Source: Pecten maximus (taxonomy: Eukaryota). From it: a stretch of 64,000 nucleotides of DNA. The DNA is taken from positions 21,452,001 through 21,516,000 of the forward strand of contig NC_047024.1 of assembly GCF_902652985.1 (NCBI RefSeq), given 5' to 3'. Of the stretch, positions 1-11,600 are shown in pieces. Position numbers and translations under genes: made by a program. Numbering within the stretch: the stretch's first letter is position 1; each line of letters begins with the position of its first letter. The notes beneath the pieces were generated by a model. The model saw nothing but the letters and a program-made list of their open reading frames with translations, was not told the origin of the DNA and did not search any database.

Positions 1-99
1 TCCTCTATAATACTCTACGATACACTTCAATTTGTATGGCAGTGTATCGTAGAGTATCGCAGAGGAGTGGAAATTACAAGTCTAATTTTAATTAGATTG
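1..99. mobile_element. Right part of a palindromic MITE (terminus ...TTTTAATTAGATTG)
   Basis: Internal inverted repeat (tactctacgatacac/gtgtatcgtagagta). Similar copy at 58820-58931; same terminus as the MITE at 49398-49823. Confidence 0.6.
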
Positions 100-1217
100 A
101 CAGTTCCGCCATCTTGGATCCAAGTGATGCTTCAAGAAACAAGTTTTTTTTCATAAACAAAATCTAGAACTTCCACATGAACCAGTTTAAAGGCTCGTGA
201 TCGTGATATATGAAATTATTGAACTCGTTTGATAAATTCTGTATGACACATGTTAAATCGTCTATCTATGTTAAGACATACCTACTCATACTTATGCTAT
301 ATACTCCACGTGACCGACCTGTGAACCGCGGGACAGTAGGGTACACCATCACGTGATACCAGTCGTTAAATTAATGAAGGATAATTATGCTGAACGTATC
401 AATAATTGTATATACAGAAACTGGTACATCTATACAGTATAGTAAATGGATTACATAGAATTCAGATAACTTATCTAAATAATGCAACTAATAGCTGAGC
501 CAAACACTCTATACTATTCCGGAACCCACTCCATCTTTGAGTGTTAAACGAATATAGATAAAGCATAATGTAAAACAAGAAAATAAATGACTGTAAGCAA
601 AAGTATATAATTACATATTGTTCTGAATGGATATTGTTTAATAAAATAAATATGTATCTTGTTAGTTGATATGTATTTCCGGAATAAAAGTCGCACGTGA
701 AATTACAGGGCAATATAAATGTTAATGTTAAATGACGCATATTTAACGACAACTGCACAATAGTAAACTTATATATATATATTAATAGTGAATATTAGAA
801 TTGTTTTTATTAAGAAATGTATCATTCTTGAGGAAATCAGTAGTTCATGTTTCCGGCTGAAGAAAAGTGTCACAACTGAAAATTCCGGGGTTAGTTAAGG
901 GGAATATAGCTAAAAGCATGACATATTAACTATAATGTTCCGTCAATTGCGAAATATACGGTAATTATTGGAGAAATTACTTTAGTTATAGATGATGTCA
1001 ACAAATGTCAAAATGCATAATTGATATTGGAAATAAAGCAAAATCAAGCTCAGGGGAAACGAACAATGCGTTCCTTTAACAAGTTCGTACCAGTTGCACC
1101 GGTACGAATCTGCTGTACATGTAATAGAACATGGCGTACTAGCATAGAATCGAACCAGTTCACGTGGTTTGTTTCCTGAAACGTACGTGCCACTTGGATC
1201 CAAGATGGCGGAACTGT
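100..1217. mobile_element. Putative non-autonomous DNA transposon bounded by 27-bp inverted repeats
   Basis: acagttccgccatcttggatccaagtg (100-126) is the exact reverse complement of 1191-1217; no TSD seen. Confidence 0.45.
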
Positions 1218-1595
1218 AATTTTTCAATTGTCATGTGGGAGTACTTTTTGTTATAAATGAGACGAGGACTCTCCATTTGCGACGAAATTTTATCAATTAT
1301 ATAAGTCAATGTTTGAAGTATTCATGTATTGATGTTACATCCGCTACGTTATAAAAAAGGAAAATGTTTGAAGCGTAAAGTTTGTAGAGACGGCCACCAT
1401 CTTGGGATCTTACTTGAAATTCAGTTGCGTTCCATTACATGGTACCCCAACTATTCAGAACAACTGGTACGAACCAAATAAAGGAAGCACGGATAATGTC
1501 ATTTAAAAACATAAAGACACATATTTCATACAAAGAGTTGTATAAGATTTCTATATTGGCATGATAGAGCTACCCCTGAATTAAAGTTGCTGCAT

Positions 1596-2855
1596 TATTA
1601 TTTCTTTATTTCCTCCAAGATGTGAAGAGTATACAGAAATGATTTACAAATTAGAACAAAATTCATTCACGCTCATTATCACCTCTCGCATAAGGATTCA
1701 CGCGTTACACAATAAACTACAGATATAATAATGATTACATGATGTTAGTAAAGGAAAATTCTTCGCATGTTTCTTAAGTTAAGACACATTAGATTCTTAA
1801 TTAGCACATATATACGTACTTCATTTTTAGAAAATGAATAGCAGTCATTTCATTCTGTGGTCTAACGTGAGATAATATAATTTAAGTGCCTACATGTGTT
1901 ATGTAGGCTTGCAAATGCATTTTATATACATGTATGCATATCTATAAAACAACATTAATAATAATTACAAGTTCTCTTTTTCATATGAAATAATTACAAA
2001 ATACCACTGCATTGAAGAATCTTGAATACAATAACGATTGAATTAACTCTGAAGTCCTCGAGTTCGTATGAGGATAAGTCATAATTGACGATACCCCCAA
2101 GAAGAACATGGATAAGATGGTAATTTGACAACGTGTTAAGGTAACATACAAAATCGACATCTTTTATAGTACAGAGAACACACCACAGTTGGTCACGCAA
2201 AGACTCTGTATGAGAGCATTCAAGCACGCTATGTAAGATTACATCATTGTAAATTAAACCACAATATTGACACAAAAATACATTTTCGTCATCTCGCATT
2301 TCAACACAAAGTTTAACAATTTGTTTAAAACATGAACTGTATTGGGGGAAATGTAGAGCTAATTTCCATATTGAATATGGTTGTATTTTATTATGCAAGA
2401 GACCGAAACGAGAAAATTCTTTATCAGTTTTCATTCTTTCACATAGATTAAACTCCTCACAATTTCTTACATGGTCATTCACTAATCGTTTCCATTGGCA
2501 TCTGTTTGGGAACAAGCCACTCTTCAAGAATTCACCAAGAACATAATTCAAATTATATTTTGTCAAAATATTGACAATGTCGGGAATAAAACCTCTGGAG
2601 AAAGTACACAGTTTGTAATCAAATATGCGCTTTATAAAAATTTCGCGCGTCAAAACTCCAACATCCATGGAACATATTCTACCAAGGAATAATAATTTTT
2701 TCACACTTATATATACTTCTATTGAAAACCAACCGATCAATGACGTACACATGTCTGTTCTTGTTCTTACATTAAAACCCTGAATTGATTTTACAATGAA
2801 GTTCTGTGCTTTTTCAAGCATGTACATTTCATTTTTCTTTAACTGCCACATTTCG
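1596..2855 (-). mobile_element. 5'-truncated non-LTR retrotransposon (ORF2 C-terminus plus 3' UTR; RTE/RTE-X-like)
   Basis: ORF 1994-2872 encodes an RT-thumb-like segment (CEMW...LEKAQ...) and a C-terminal CxxC...H...C knuckle (CQYC...HSVLEC). The 3' end reads AATAAAGAAATAATAAT. It is flanked by identical 135-bp direct repeats at 1461-1595 and 2856-2990. Confidence 0.85.
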
Positions 2856-3580
2856 CAACTGGTACGAACCAAATAAAGGAAGCACGGATAATGTCATTTA
2901 AAAACATAAAGACACATATTTCATACAAAGAGTTGTATAAGATTTCTATATTGGCATGATAGAGCTACCCCTGAATTAAAGTTGCTGCATATTATTCCTT
3001 CAATATATTACAGAAGCCAATTTTCGTTTACAACAGTTTTGTAATGGTTGTCTCAAAGGAAATAATTCTTTGCATATTCTGTAAAATGTTTCGTTTAAAA
3101 TGGATTAAGGTTGCGGTGAATTACCAAACCTTTAGCATAAAATAGTTAATCTTGTTAACATTAAAAAACGGACCATATTTTTTCAGGGAATATCATTTAA
3201 TAGCAACGTTTCTATTTTCGCATTAAAAAACGCGACATTTAAAAACCTTTGGCGATGACAGTCTTTGCAGTAGCGGCATTAATATATAATGATAGTATAA
3301 TTTTGATATGGAATTTATCTCTCCTTGAAATAAGCAATTTAAATTGATTCGTCAATTTGAATAGGCTTATGAAATATTTACAATCCCAGAATCATGTATG
3401 TGCCAGAAAAACAAATGTGATGCATTGATAAATGTGTCTAGATTTAAAAAAAGATTTAAGCATGTCACCTTTACAGAAGTGTCACCACCCCGGACTGATG
3501 TTTGGAGGAGGAGTTGCAACACTTGCATGGGGTACCCAGAACATAACAGAACAATATCAAAGTCCATGAAAATGCCATAT

Positions 3581-3731
3581 GAACGAACGAACGAACAAAA
3601 TGAAAGAACAAACGAGCGAATGAACGAACGAATGAACGAACGAATGAACGAACGAATGAACGAACGAATGAATGAACGAACGTATTAAAGAACGAATGAA
3701 CGAACGAACGAATGAACGAACGAATGAATGA
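3581..3731. repeat. (GAAC/GAAT)n microsatellite
   Basis: Directly visible tetranucleotide array. Confidence 0.95.
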
Positions 3732-3855
3732 AATTTTAAATAAAAAAAACATTGCTTACCTTTACAGTAACAGGAAGGGATACAAAATATAAAAAAAGAA
3801 AAAGAAAAAAAAGGACACTATCAGTATATCGAAGACAACAAGAAGAAATTCGTAC

Positions 3856-3937
3856 CTGCATTGAGAAGATAGGAGTTTTCCGTCGAACCGGGCGTGTAAA
3901 GGCAGCATAGCAGGACGATTACGTACAAAGATGACAT
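3856..3937 (-). CDS. Candidate first coding exon (signal peptide) of a divergently transcribed gene
   Basis: AAG-ATG context; encodes MSSLYVIVLLCCLYTPGSTENSYLLNA followed by a phase-1 donor CAG|GTACGA. Downstream exons not identified in the window. Confidence 0.4.
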
Positions 3938-4849
3938 CTTGTATAGTCGTTCCGTAGAGATAGGGAATATGTAGTGTGAACTTTTAACGTTCTCTTAATG
4001 ACACCTGGTTCGGAATCTGAATGAATGCAAACTTCCTGGAAGAGGACACCGTGAATATGTTTTGAACTCTGCCCTCCTGGAGGACGACTCTAACTGGTTA
4101 CTAAAAGTGCGTTTCGAGTTATTGCAGATTCACATCCGTGTTAGTTTTAGAGACAACAAATGCCTCTCTCGTGCAATGTCCAATTCCATGAAAGCTGGGT
4201 ATGAGCGGAGGAGGCAGGCTCATAGGCAAACTCGTGCATAATTGTTGACATTCCTCGTGGGAGGTACACCTCTTTATAACCCATTATCCAATACAAATTA
4301 TCGAGTTTTATGTGATATGTTCAGCATCAATAATGAATCGGACCGCCGCCTGCTCACATGGAGATACACCAACGCTGTGCTTTTAGTAACAGGGGCTGTA
4401 CAAGAGAGTTAATGTGGACATGATGGTATGTCCAGTGATATTTGACCAATTCAACTGAGCACATCAGTAAATTAAGTGAATCCCTTCGATATTCTTAAGC
4501 GAGTCTTAAGCGAGAGTAAATCAGGTAAGATTCTTATTTACATTTTAACATTTTGAAACTAAACGTCTACCTCGCAAATTGTTGGAGAAGCTATCTTTAA
4601 TAGTTTGCCTATGTTGTTTTACCATATTGCCGTTTTACACTTATCAATCAGCACTTTCCATTTATCCTAACTAAAATGGGAACGAATTCCCGAACGCATA
4701 CTTTCGAGGTATAGATTTGTTTCATAGCGTTGCTGTGTGAAATCCCTTGCAATCGTTAGCAGTAGTATTTAATGCAATACTATTGAATAATCGTAGTGTA
4801 TCATATTTATGCTCAACGTCATAAAATACTTGTAGCAAAAACATTCCAG

Positions 4850-5452
4850 CTTATCCTTTATAACGTCATGGAATCTTTGTAAATCGTAATGAAATCTTTG
4901 TAGCATAGTTGTGGATGATGTCATAAAATCATTGTAACATATTGTGTATGATGTATAAAATCTTTGTAGCACAGTTGTGGTGTATGATGTCAGAAAATCA
5001 TTGTAGCATATTGTGTATGATTTCATGAAATTATTGTAGCATAGTTGTGTTTGCTGTCATGAAATCATTGTAGCATAATTGTGTATGATGTCATTAAATT
5101 ATTGCAGCATAGTTGTGTATGACGTCAAGAAATCATTGTAACATAGTTGTGCATGATGTCATCAAATCATTGTAGCACAGTTGTATATGATTTCATGAAA
5201 TTATTGTAGCATAGTTGTGTTTGCTGTCATGAAATCATTGTAGCATAATTGTGTATGTCATTAAATTATTGCAACATAGTTGTGTATGACGTCATGAAAT
5301 TATTTTTAATTATAGTTTTGCACGATGTCATCAAATCATTGTAGCATAGTTGTATATAATGTATAAAATCATTGTAGCATAGTTGTGTATGATGTAATGA
5401 AATCATTGCAGAATAGTTGTATATGATGTCATGAAATCATGTCATTGCAACA
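4850..5452. repeat. ~34-bp minisatellite (catagttgtgtatgatgtcatgaaatcattgtag)
   Basis: About 17 diverged tandem units visible. Confidence 0.9.
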
Positions 5453-6435
5453 TACAGTTTGATTTTCATTGCGTTTACGTCGATATGAATGAAATTGGAC
5501 ATTAGCATTTAAAATATGTCTGCATCCCATGCATTTAGTTCATACCATCGTAAATCAGTAACACTTAAGTTCGCTTATTTACATAATTTTTAATTTCATT
5601 TTTGAAGATGATTTGCGACATGTCATGTAGAGGTTGTACCTATATCAAAAGTAAACCGGTTCCAATTTTATCAATCTGTTTATATTTGTTTTCAATTTCA
5701 ATTGACTCCCTGTCTCTAGAATACTAAAATTATACATAAAAATAAGCTCTATCATTTTGGTTAATACGACATACCTGATTCTAGGTTTCAAACTAGGGGA
5801 AGATAATCCTGTATTAAAATTGGTCAAGTCTATACAACATTTTAGAGGGCTGGTGTCCAGTCTATATTTCTCAGAATGTAATCTTTCATTATTCATCAAT
5901 TCAAAATAACTTTGTGCCGCAGTTATGTAAACAGTAAAGATATTAATCACCGAGTTATATGTAAACACGCTATCGATGATAGCAATGCTGCCAAGGTGGC
6001 AATTTAAGTTCAAGTCCACAGAGTGATAAAGTGATAAATATGTTGGTGTAGGCGTAAAAAATATTTTTTCTTAGCATTCTGACATTTGATCCAAATATCA
6101 TGAAGTACCAGGACACGTTACGGTAAGCCTACAACTAGAATCATAGATATTCATTGGATAGGAGTCCAAAGTCGTAAAGGAATTTAAACACAGTTCAACA
6201 GCAGAGTGAACCACTGAAGCGGAGACCTATATATGGCATGAAACCATTTTACATCGTGTGACAACACAGCGTCGTATGAGAAAGTTTACAACTACGGAGT
6301 GTTACTTTATGATAATATACTCGATATTTGAAGCGTGTTTTCCGTAATAGAGATAACTATACAGCTATTTGCAGATTAAATTTTTCCTAAAAGGATTAGG
6401 AGCTTAAACTAAACCCCACTGTTTGACAGAGTATG

Positions 6436-6757
6436 TTTGGTTTGGTTTGTTTTGTTTTGCTTAACGTCCTATTTACAGCCAAGGTCATTTAAGGACGTGC
6501 CAGGTTTAGAGAAAAACCACCGGCCTACGGTCAGTACCTGGCAACTGCCCCACGTAGGTTTCGAACTCGCAACCCAGAGGTGAAGGGCTAGCGTTAAAGT
6601 GTCGGGACACCTAAACCACTCGGCCACCGCGGCCCAGAGGTGAAGGGCTAGCGTTAAAGTGTCGGGACACCTTAACCACTCGGCCACCGCGGCCCAGAGG
6701 TGAAGGGCTAGCGTTAAAGTGTCGGGACACCTTAACCACTCGGCCACCGCGGCCCCC
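6436..6757 (-). mobile_element. tRNA-derived SINE with triplicated 60-bp 5' head
   Basis: A box TGGCCGAGTGG (x3), B box GTTCGAAAC, (CAAAA/CCAAA)n tail, 12-bp TSD TGACAGAGTATG at 6424-6435 and 6758-6769. Confidence 0.9.
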
Positions 6758-8359
6758 TGACAGAGTATGACCGACTACATTCAAAGAATGTTTCAGGTTG
6801 TTCCCGCAGAGCTTAACCAGTATAGAATATTGTTGAGCGAGCTTGACTGAATCAAATATGTTGGGCGTCAAGCAGAAGACGTTTAAACTTCAGAACACCT
6901 GGTCTTATCCTCCTTGTACTTTTCAGTTTCTATGGAAATCAACGTCTTCTTGTTATATTTTCCCCCTTTTTAGTCCATTTTGAGTGTGAATTGTTTTGTT
7001 ATTATGTCAGTATTCGTTGTTGTTTTTGTGAACCATTTAAACAATTAACTTCATTTCGTCACTAATGAATGCCGACATGTAAACACAAGAGTAGCTGTTA
7101 ATCAAAATCAATAAAGCGATGGCAAAGTATGAACAAGAATATATTTATATATAGATGCAAATCAAGGCCAAATCCTAGTAATGTCACTTTCTCAAAATAA
7201 GAAACGGGGTAGTGAAAACGGAACCATCCGGCATAACATCGAACACCGAACACTCCAAACTCCATATCGCATAAGAAATTACTCAAGTAGACTACTTCCA
7301 GATGGAATCATCATTATAAACAGTTTGACTGAATGATGAATTTTGATTGTCAAGTTTGTGCGTCATTAACTGATAGATAACATGTATGTCACTGGAGTGC
7401 AATTCTATATGGTTATAAATCAAATAACATAAAAACGACATTAACATCTGTAAAACATCTATGCAAAAACCACTTTACTAGAAAGCATGTCGGGTTCAGC
7501 GTAGTAAATGATGAATAGCTATTTATGGTATTTCCAATTATATATTGGTCCAGCATATAATAAAACAATCATATGGGACACAAGTTTCGGGGATTGTCAG
7601 GAAAACACAATTACCTTATTAAATAAAATTGAGCGGTAGTAAAAACCAATCGCCATAATGCACCCCACTGCAGAATTAATGCTACGTATAGGCGGAGTAG
7701 TCTGGTAAAGGTTACACATTTTTTATATATAGCATATAGCAGTATGTGCATGCATAAACTCTAAATATTGGTGTACAACTTTGCATATAGAAAAACATCA
7801 GAGAGGGTACTGTACACTTAGAACAATTGCAAATCCACACACCATGCAAAGTTCACCACTTTTTTTTTTTTTTTTTTTTAGATTTTGAAATAAATTTTTA
7901 TGAGGTAATACTTCCCACAACTTGATTGAATTCTACTCTTCTCCTCCAGTTCCTCACCCAAAGGCATTTGCTACTGCCAATTATGTCTTAAGAGAATGTT
8001 GTATAACATGATAGTTCGTCAGGATGAGGGAAGGTAAGCGGGATTATTTCCAATCCTTTGTTTGGTGATTCCAGGACGGATGTTGGCATTGAATATGCAT
8101 AATTAAAACTGTGCAAACGCGAAATGAAGTGATATGGTCATGTAAAGCAAACTATCAGTGATAATTAAGTCCACCACTACTTCTGGAGTCAATCATCAAG
8201 GTTAACTCAAAATCTACAAAACTGGAAAAAATATGAAATCAATGAAAATTTACACGGAGACTATTCACAAAGTACAAGGAGACAAAGAACATGTGTTCCG
8301 GAAGGATTAACGTCCCCCGCTTCGCCGACGACACCCGTCATGTAAATTTAGGTCAAATC

Positions 8360-8503
8360 NNNNNNNNNNNNNNNNNNNNNNNNNNNNNNNNNNNNNNNNN
8401 NNNNNNNNNNNNNNNNNNNNNNNNNNNNNNNNNNNNNNNNNNNNNNNNNNNNNNNNNNNNNNNNNNNNNNNNNNNNNNNNNNNNNNNNNNNNNNNNNNNN
8501 NNN
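8360..8503. other. Assembly gap (N run)
   Basis: 144 N bases. Confidence 1.
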
Positions 8504-8651
8504 ACAAGCTTATAAAGAAAAAATACCAACAAGAACCAGTATGGTAACCTAGATTGCTGTTTTCTCGACTGATTATCGCCTTATTATCTAATTACTTATT
8601 GTAGAGTAATCTGAAATTTGATTATTAGGTAAAAATCCTACCGTCACAGGA

Positions 8652-11600
8652 ATGGTGGACCGGGCCAGATGTTGTACATTTTTTATGTACTGGCTGCAGC
8701 TAGGCCTTGTTATGGCTTTGATCTCTCGGTGTCTGTGTAAAAAACTGGAATGTATGCCGTCCTCCTCTGACCAGTCCCCGTACACCTTCATAGTGGGTGA
8801 GTGTTAGAAAAGTCATTTCCATTGTCTTATTTATCAAAATATCAGTCCATCTGACATGATCGCATAGTAAATCTATTAAAAACTAGCCTATTCCTGGTAT
8901 TATTTTCAACGCAGTTCCATTTTCCAAGATTATTATTTATTTTAATGTGAAAATGCTATTTCTCTAAAAGGGTTTAAAGCTATTTCATAAATTACTGACT
9001 TAATGTCATCAGAATTATTGATAAAATAAAAAATAAATTTGTATGGATATGTTATTGTTAACAACATATGAAATACCATTTGACGAGTCTATAGACACCT
9101 ACGGTCTCCTATTCATAGATACAAGTTGATATAGTTTACCATCATATATCGGCAGAAATGTGAAATATTTTAAATGTTCTTAATTTAGCGCACTCAAATT
9201 TTACTGCAAAACGAAATCAAAACAGATTAGCGGAATAAAGAATTAGCGTACCAACAGCGGTTGCCATAGAAACCAATGGCAATGTAGCTTAATTGCAATT
9301 ACCGCAATCGTAATTTAGCGGAATGCTTCTCGTGCGAAAAACACTAAAAACGGATATTGATGATATGTGTAATTTTATTCATGAATATTTAAGAAGATCA
9401 GTGTAAATTTTAGTCTGTTTAGGTGTAAGAATCTTAATCACGTGTTAATTGATATAATTACAGATAAACAAAAAACCTTCCCCAATATCCTTTGTTCTTG
9501 GTGTCGTCTTTTATCATGTTCCAAAGTCAAGTTTACACCTTTGTGATGAAATTCACACATATATTAACTTCCAAGCCTCGGTAACATTTATATATGTATA
9601 TTTTCTGCTTCTGAAGGTGTGCTGAAATTCACACATATGTCAACTTCCCTCAAGCCTCAGTAACATTTTTATATGTATATTTTCTGCTTCTGAAGGTGTG
9701 CTGAAATTCACACATATATTAACTTCCCCAAGCCTCAGTAATATTTTTATATGTATATATATTTTTTTTCTGCTTCTAAAGGTGTGCTGAGTTCAGACCG
9801 AGGACGTTCCTTTCAGAACTTTGTAACGGCAAACATCAAGAACAACGAGACAGCGGTAGAGAACTGTTTCATGCCGCCATATGTTGTGATCATGGACATC
9901 GATCGAGACCTTATGATCCCGCGCTCAGGATGGACAAAAATCACGGAGAGAATGAATACACGTGAGTACTCAAAGACAGAGGAAATCAATAAACGAATGG
10001 CAGATACCCATATCAATGATAATATACAAAATGAACGCATGCCACAACATTGTTTAGTAAATATCACGTGACATGATCGCATGCCGCAACACAACCAGAT
10101 AGACGAACGCGTGTCACCACCTTGCTCAGTAGACAGTATCTAGCAAAAACACATGACATGAACTGTCCCAGTTGATAATATATACCAAAAATACACCCAA
10201 AATACCTATCTCTGTAAATATTTGTTTATCATGAACGCATTCTACTATTTAGACTGGTAGATGTTATGTAAGAAAAAACATAAAATCTTCCTTAAAATTT
10301 AGCAAAAAATTAGGATCTTACCTTAGTATAAAAAATTATATTTGTCATTTTCACCCTACTAATACATAGTCTGCTGAGATCTTACTTCATTCCTTGTCCT
10401 TACCAAAACGAGTGTACAGAATTAATAAATCCTACTGCCTCTAATTTATGCTGTTAAACATTGTTAAAAATGGCGACATTATTTAAATTTTGCTGTCAAC
10501 AAATGATCCATGATAATGAAATCGAGTCGTGTTTAATGTGGGACGACGCAAACATTTGAACGTAGTTTTTACCTCACAAGTCGACCAGGTAAGAAATGTT
10601 GGACAAAGACGCTCAACAACCACTGCTGGAAGCAATTATAATGGCTTGACGTCGTGAAAACATTCCATATAACGCCAACTCAACAAAGCAGATTATCAAA
10701 GGAAATTAATTGAAAATACTTTAAAAAAATATATATATAAAAAATCAGGGTATGGTTCGATTTTGTCAGTCTTTGTGTACTGCAGTGTTTTTTTGGGAAG
10801 TTTCATTTTTTGCATGTGTCGCTTGGACATGTTTCTCCAATTATAAAAACATACATTGATAATATATGTATAGTTTAATTGCCGCTAGATTGTACTAAAA
10901 TGAAACACCTTGATTAGTCTTTCTAATTAGGACATAATTAATATTGTTATTTATGAGAGTTTAAAAAGGAATACAGATTTCACTCAATCACAACAGCAGG
11001 AACATGCTATAGGGACAATAATTGATCCACAGCATTTATGCACATAATCTGCCATAATGAAATCAGTTTAAAAACATATACTGATAGTTATCACATAATG
11101 CATGTTAGCGTTGTCTCATGTGCCTCCATGTCGTTTATTGCTTTATTTTATTATCGATTTTGTCACTGTGTTTATTTCATAACTATGTTGTTATTGAATT
11201 TTCCCAGTAAAACCTATAATGAAAAAACGGAAATGGTGGATACCTAGGGAACTATAAAATAGGAAGAGAAACCGTAAAAATCAATATGGCTGCCAATTTT
11301 GTGATATTTAATACAGGTGTGTCTATGAAAGTAGTTCATGAAATGCTTAATCACTTTGAAATAACATTATTATTTCATCCAAAACATGGTAATTTTCTCC
11401 CATAATGAAGTCTTTTTTCGTCGCCTGTATTGAGTTACATGTCAAATTGACAGGCATTACACCATATATCAGTCGTGTGCCCATTAAAGCACATGTCAAA
11501 CGTTCATATCCTGAGAGGGTACAATGGAACATGTTTAATGCTCGATCTACCGATTGATTGGTTCTGATATACATCGCGATAATGGAAGCGTATGCTAAAT

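Noticed and set aside
3398-3752. ORFs with NERM / FVRS repeats and a second signal-like peptide (MAFSWTLILFCYVLG)
   Set aside because: Driven by the GAAC/GAAT microsatellite; the hydrophobic frame stops after 35 codons with no good donor.
8291-8515. ORFs spanning the N run
   Set aside because: Artefact of the assembly gap.
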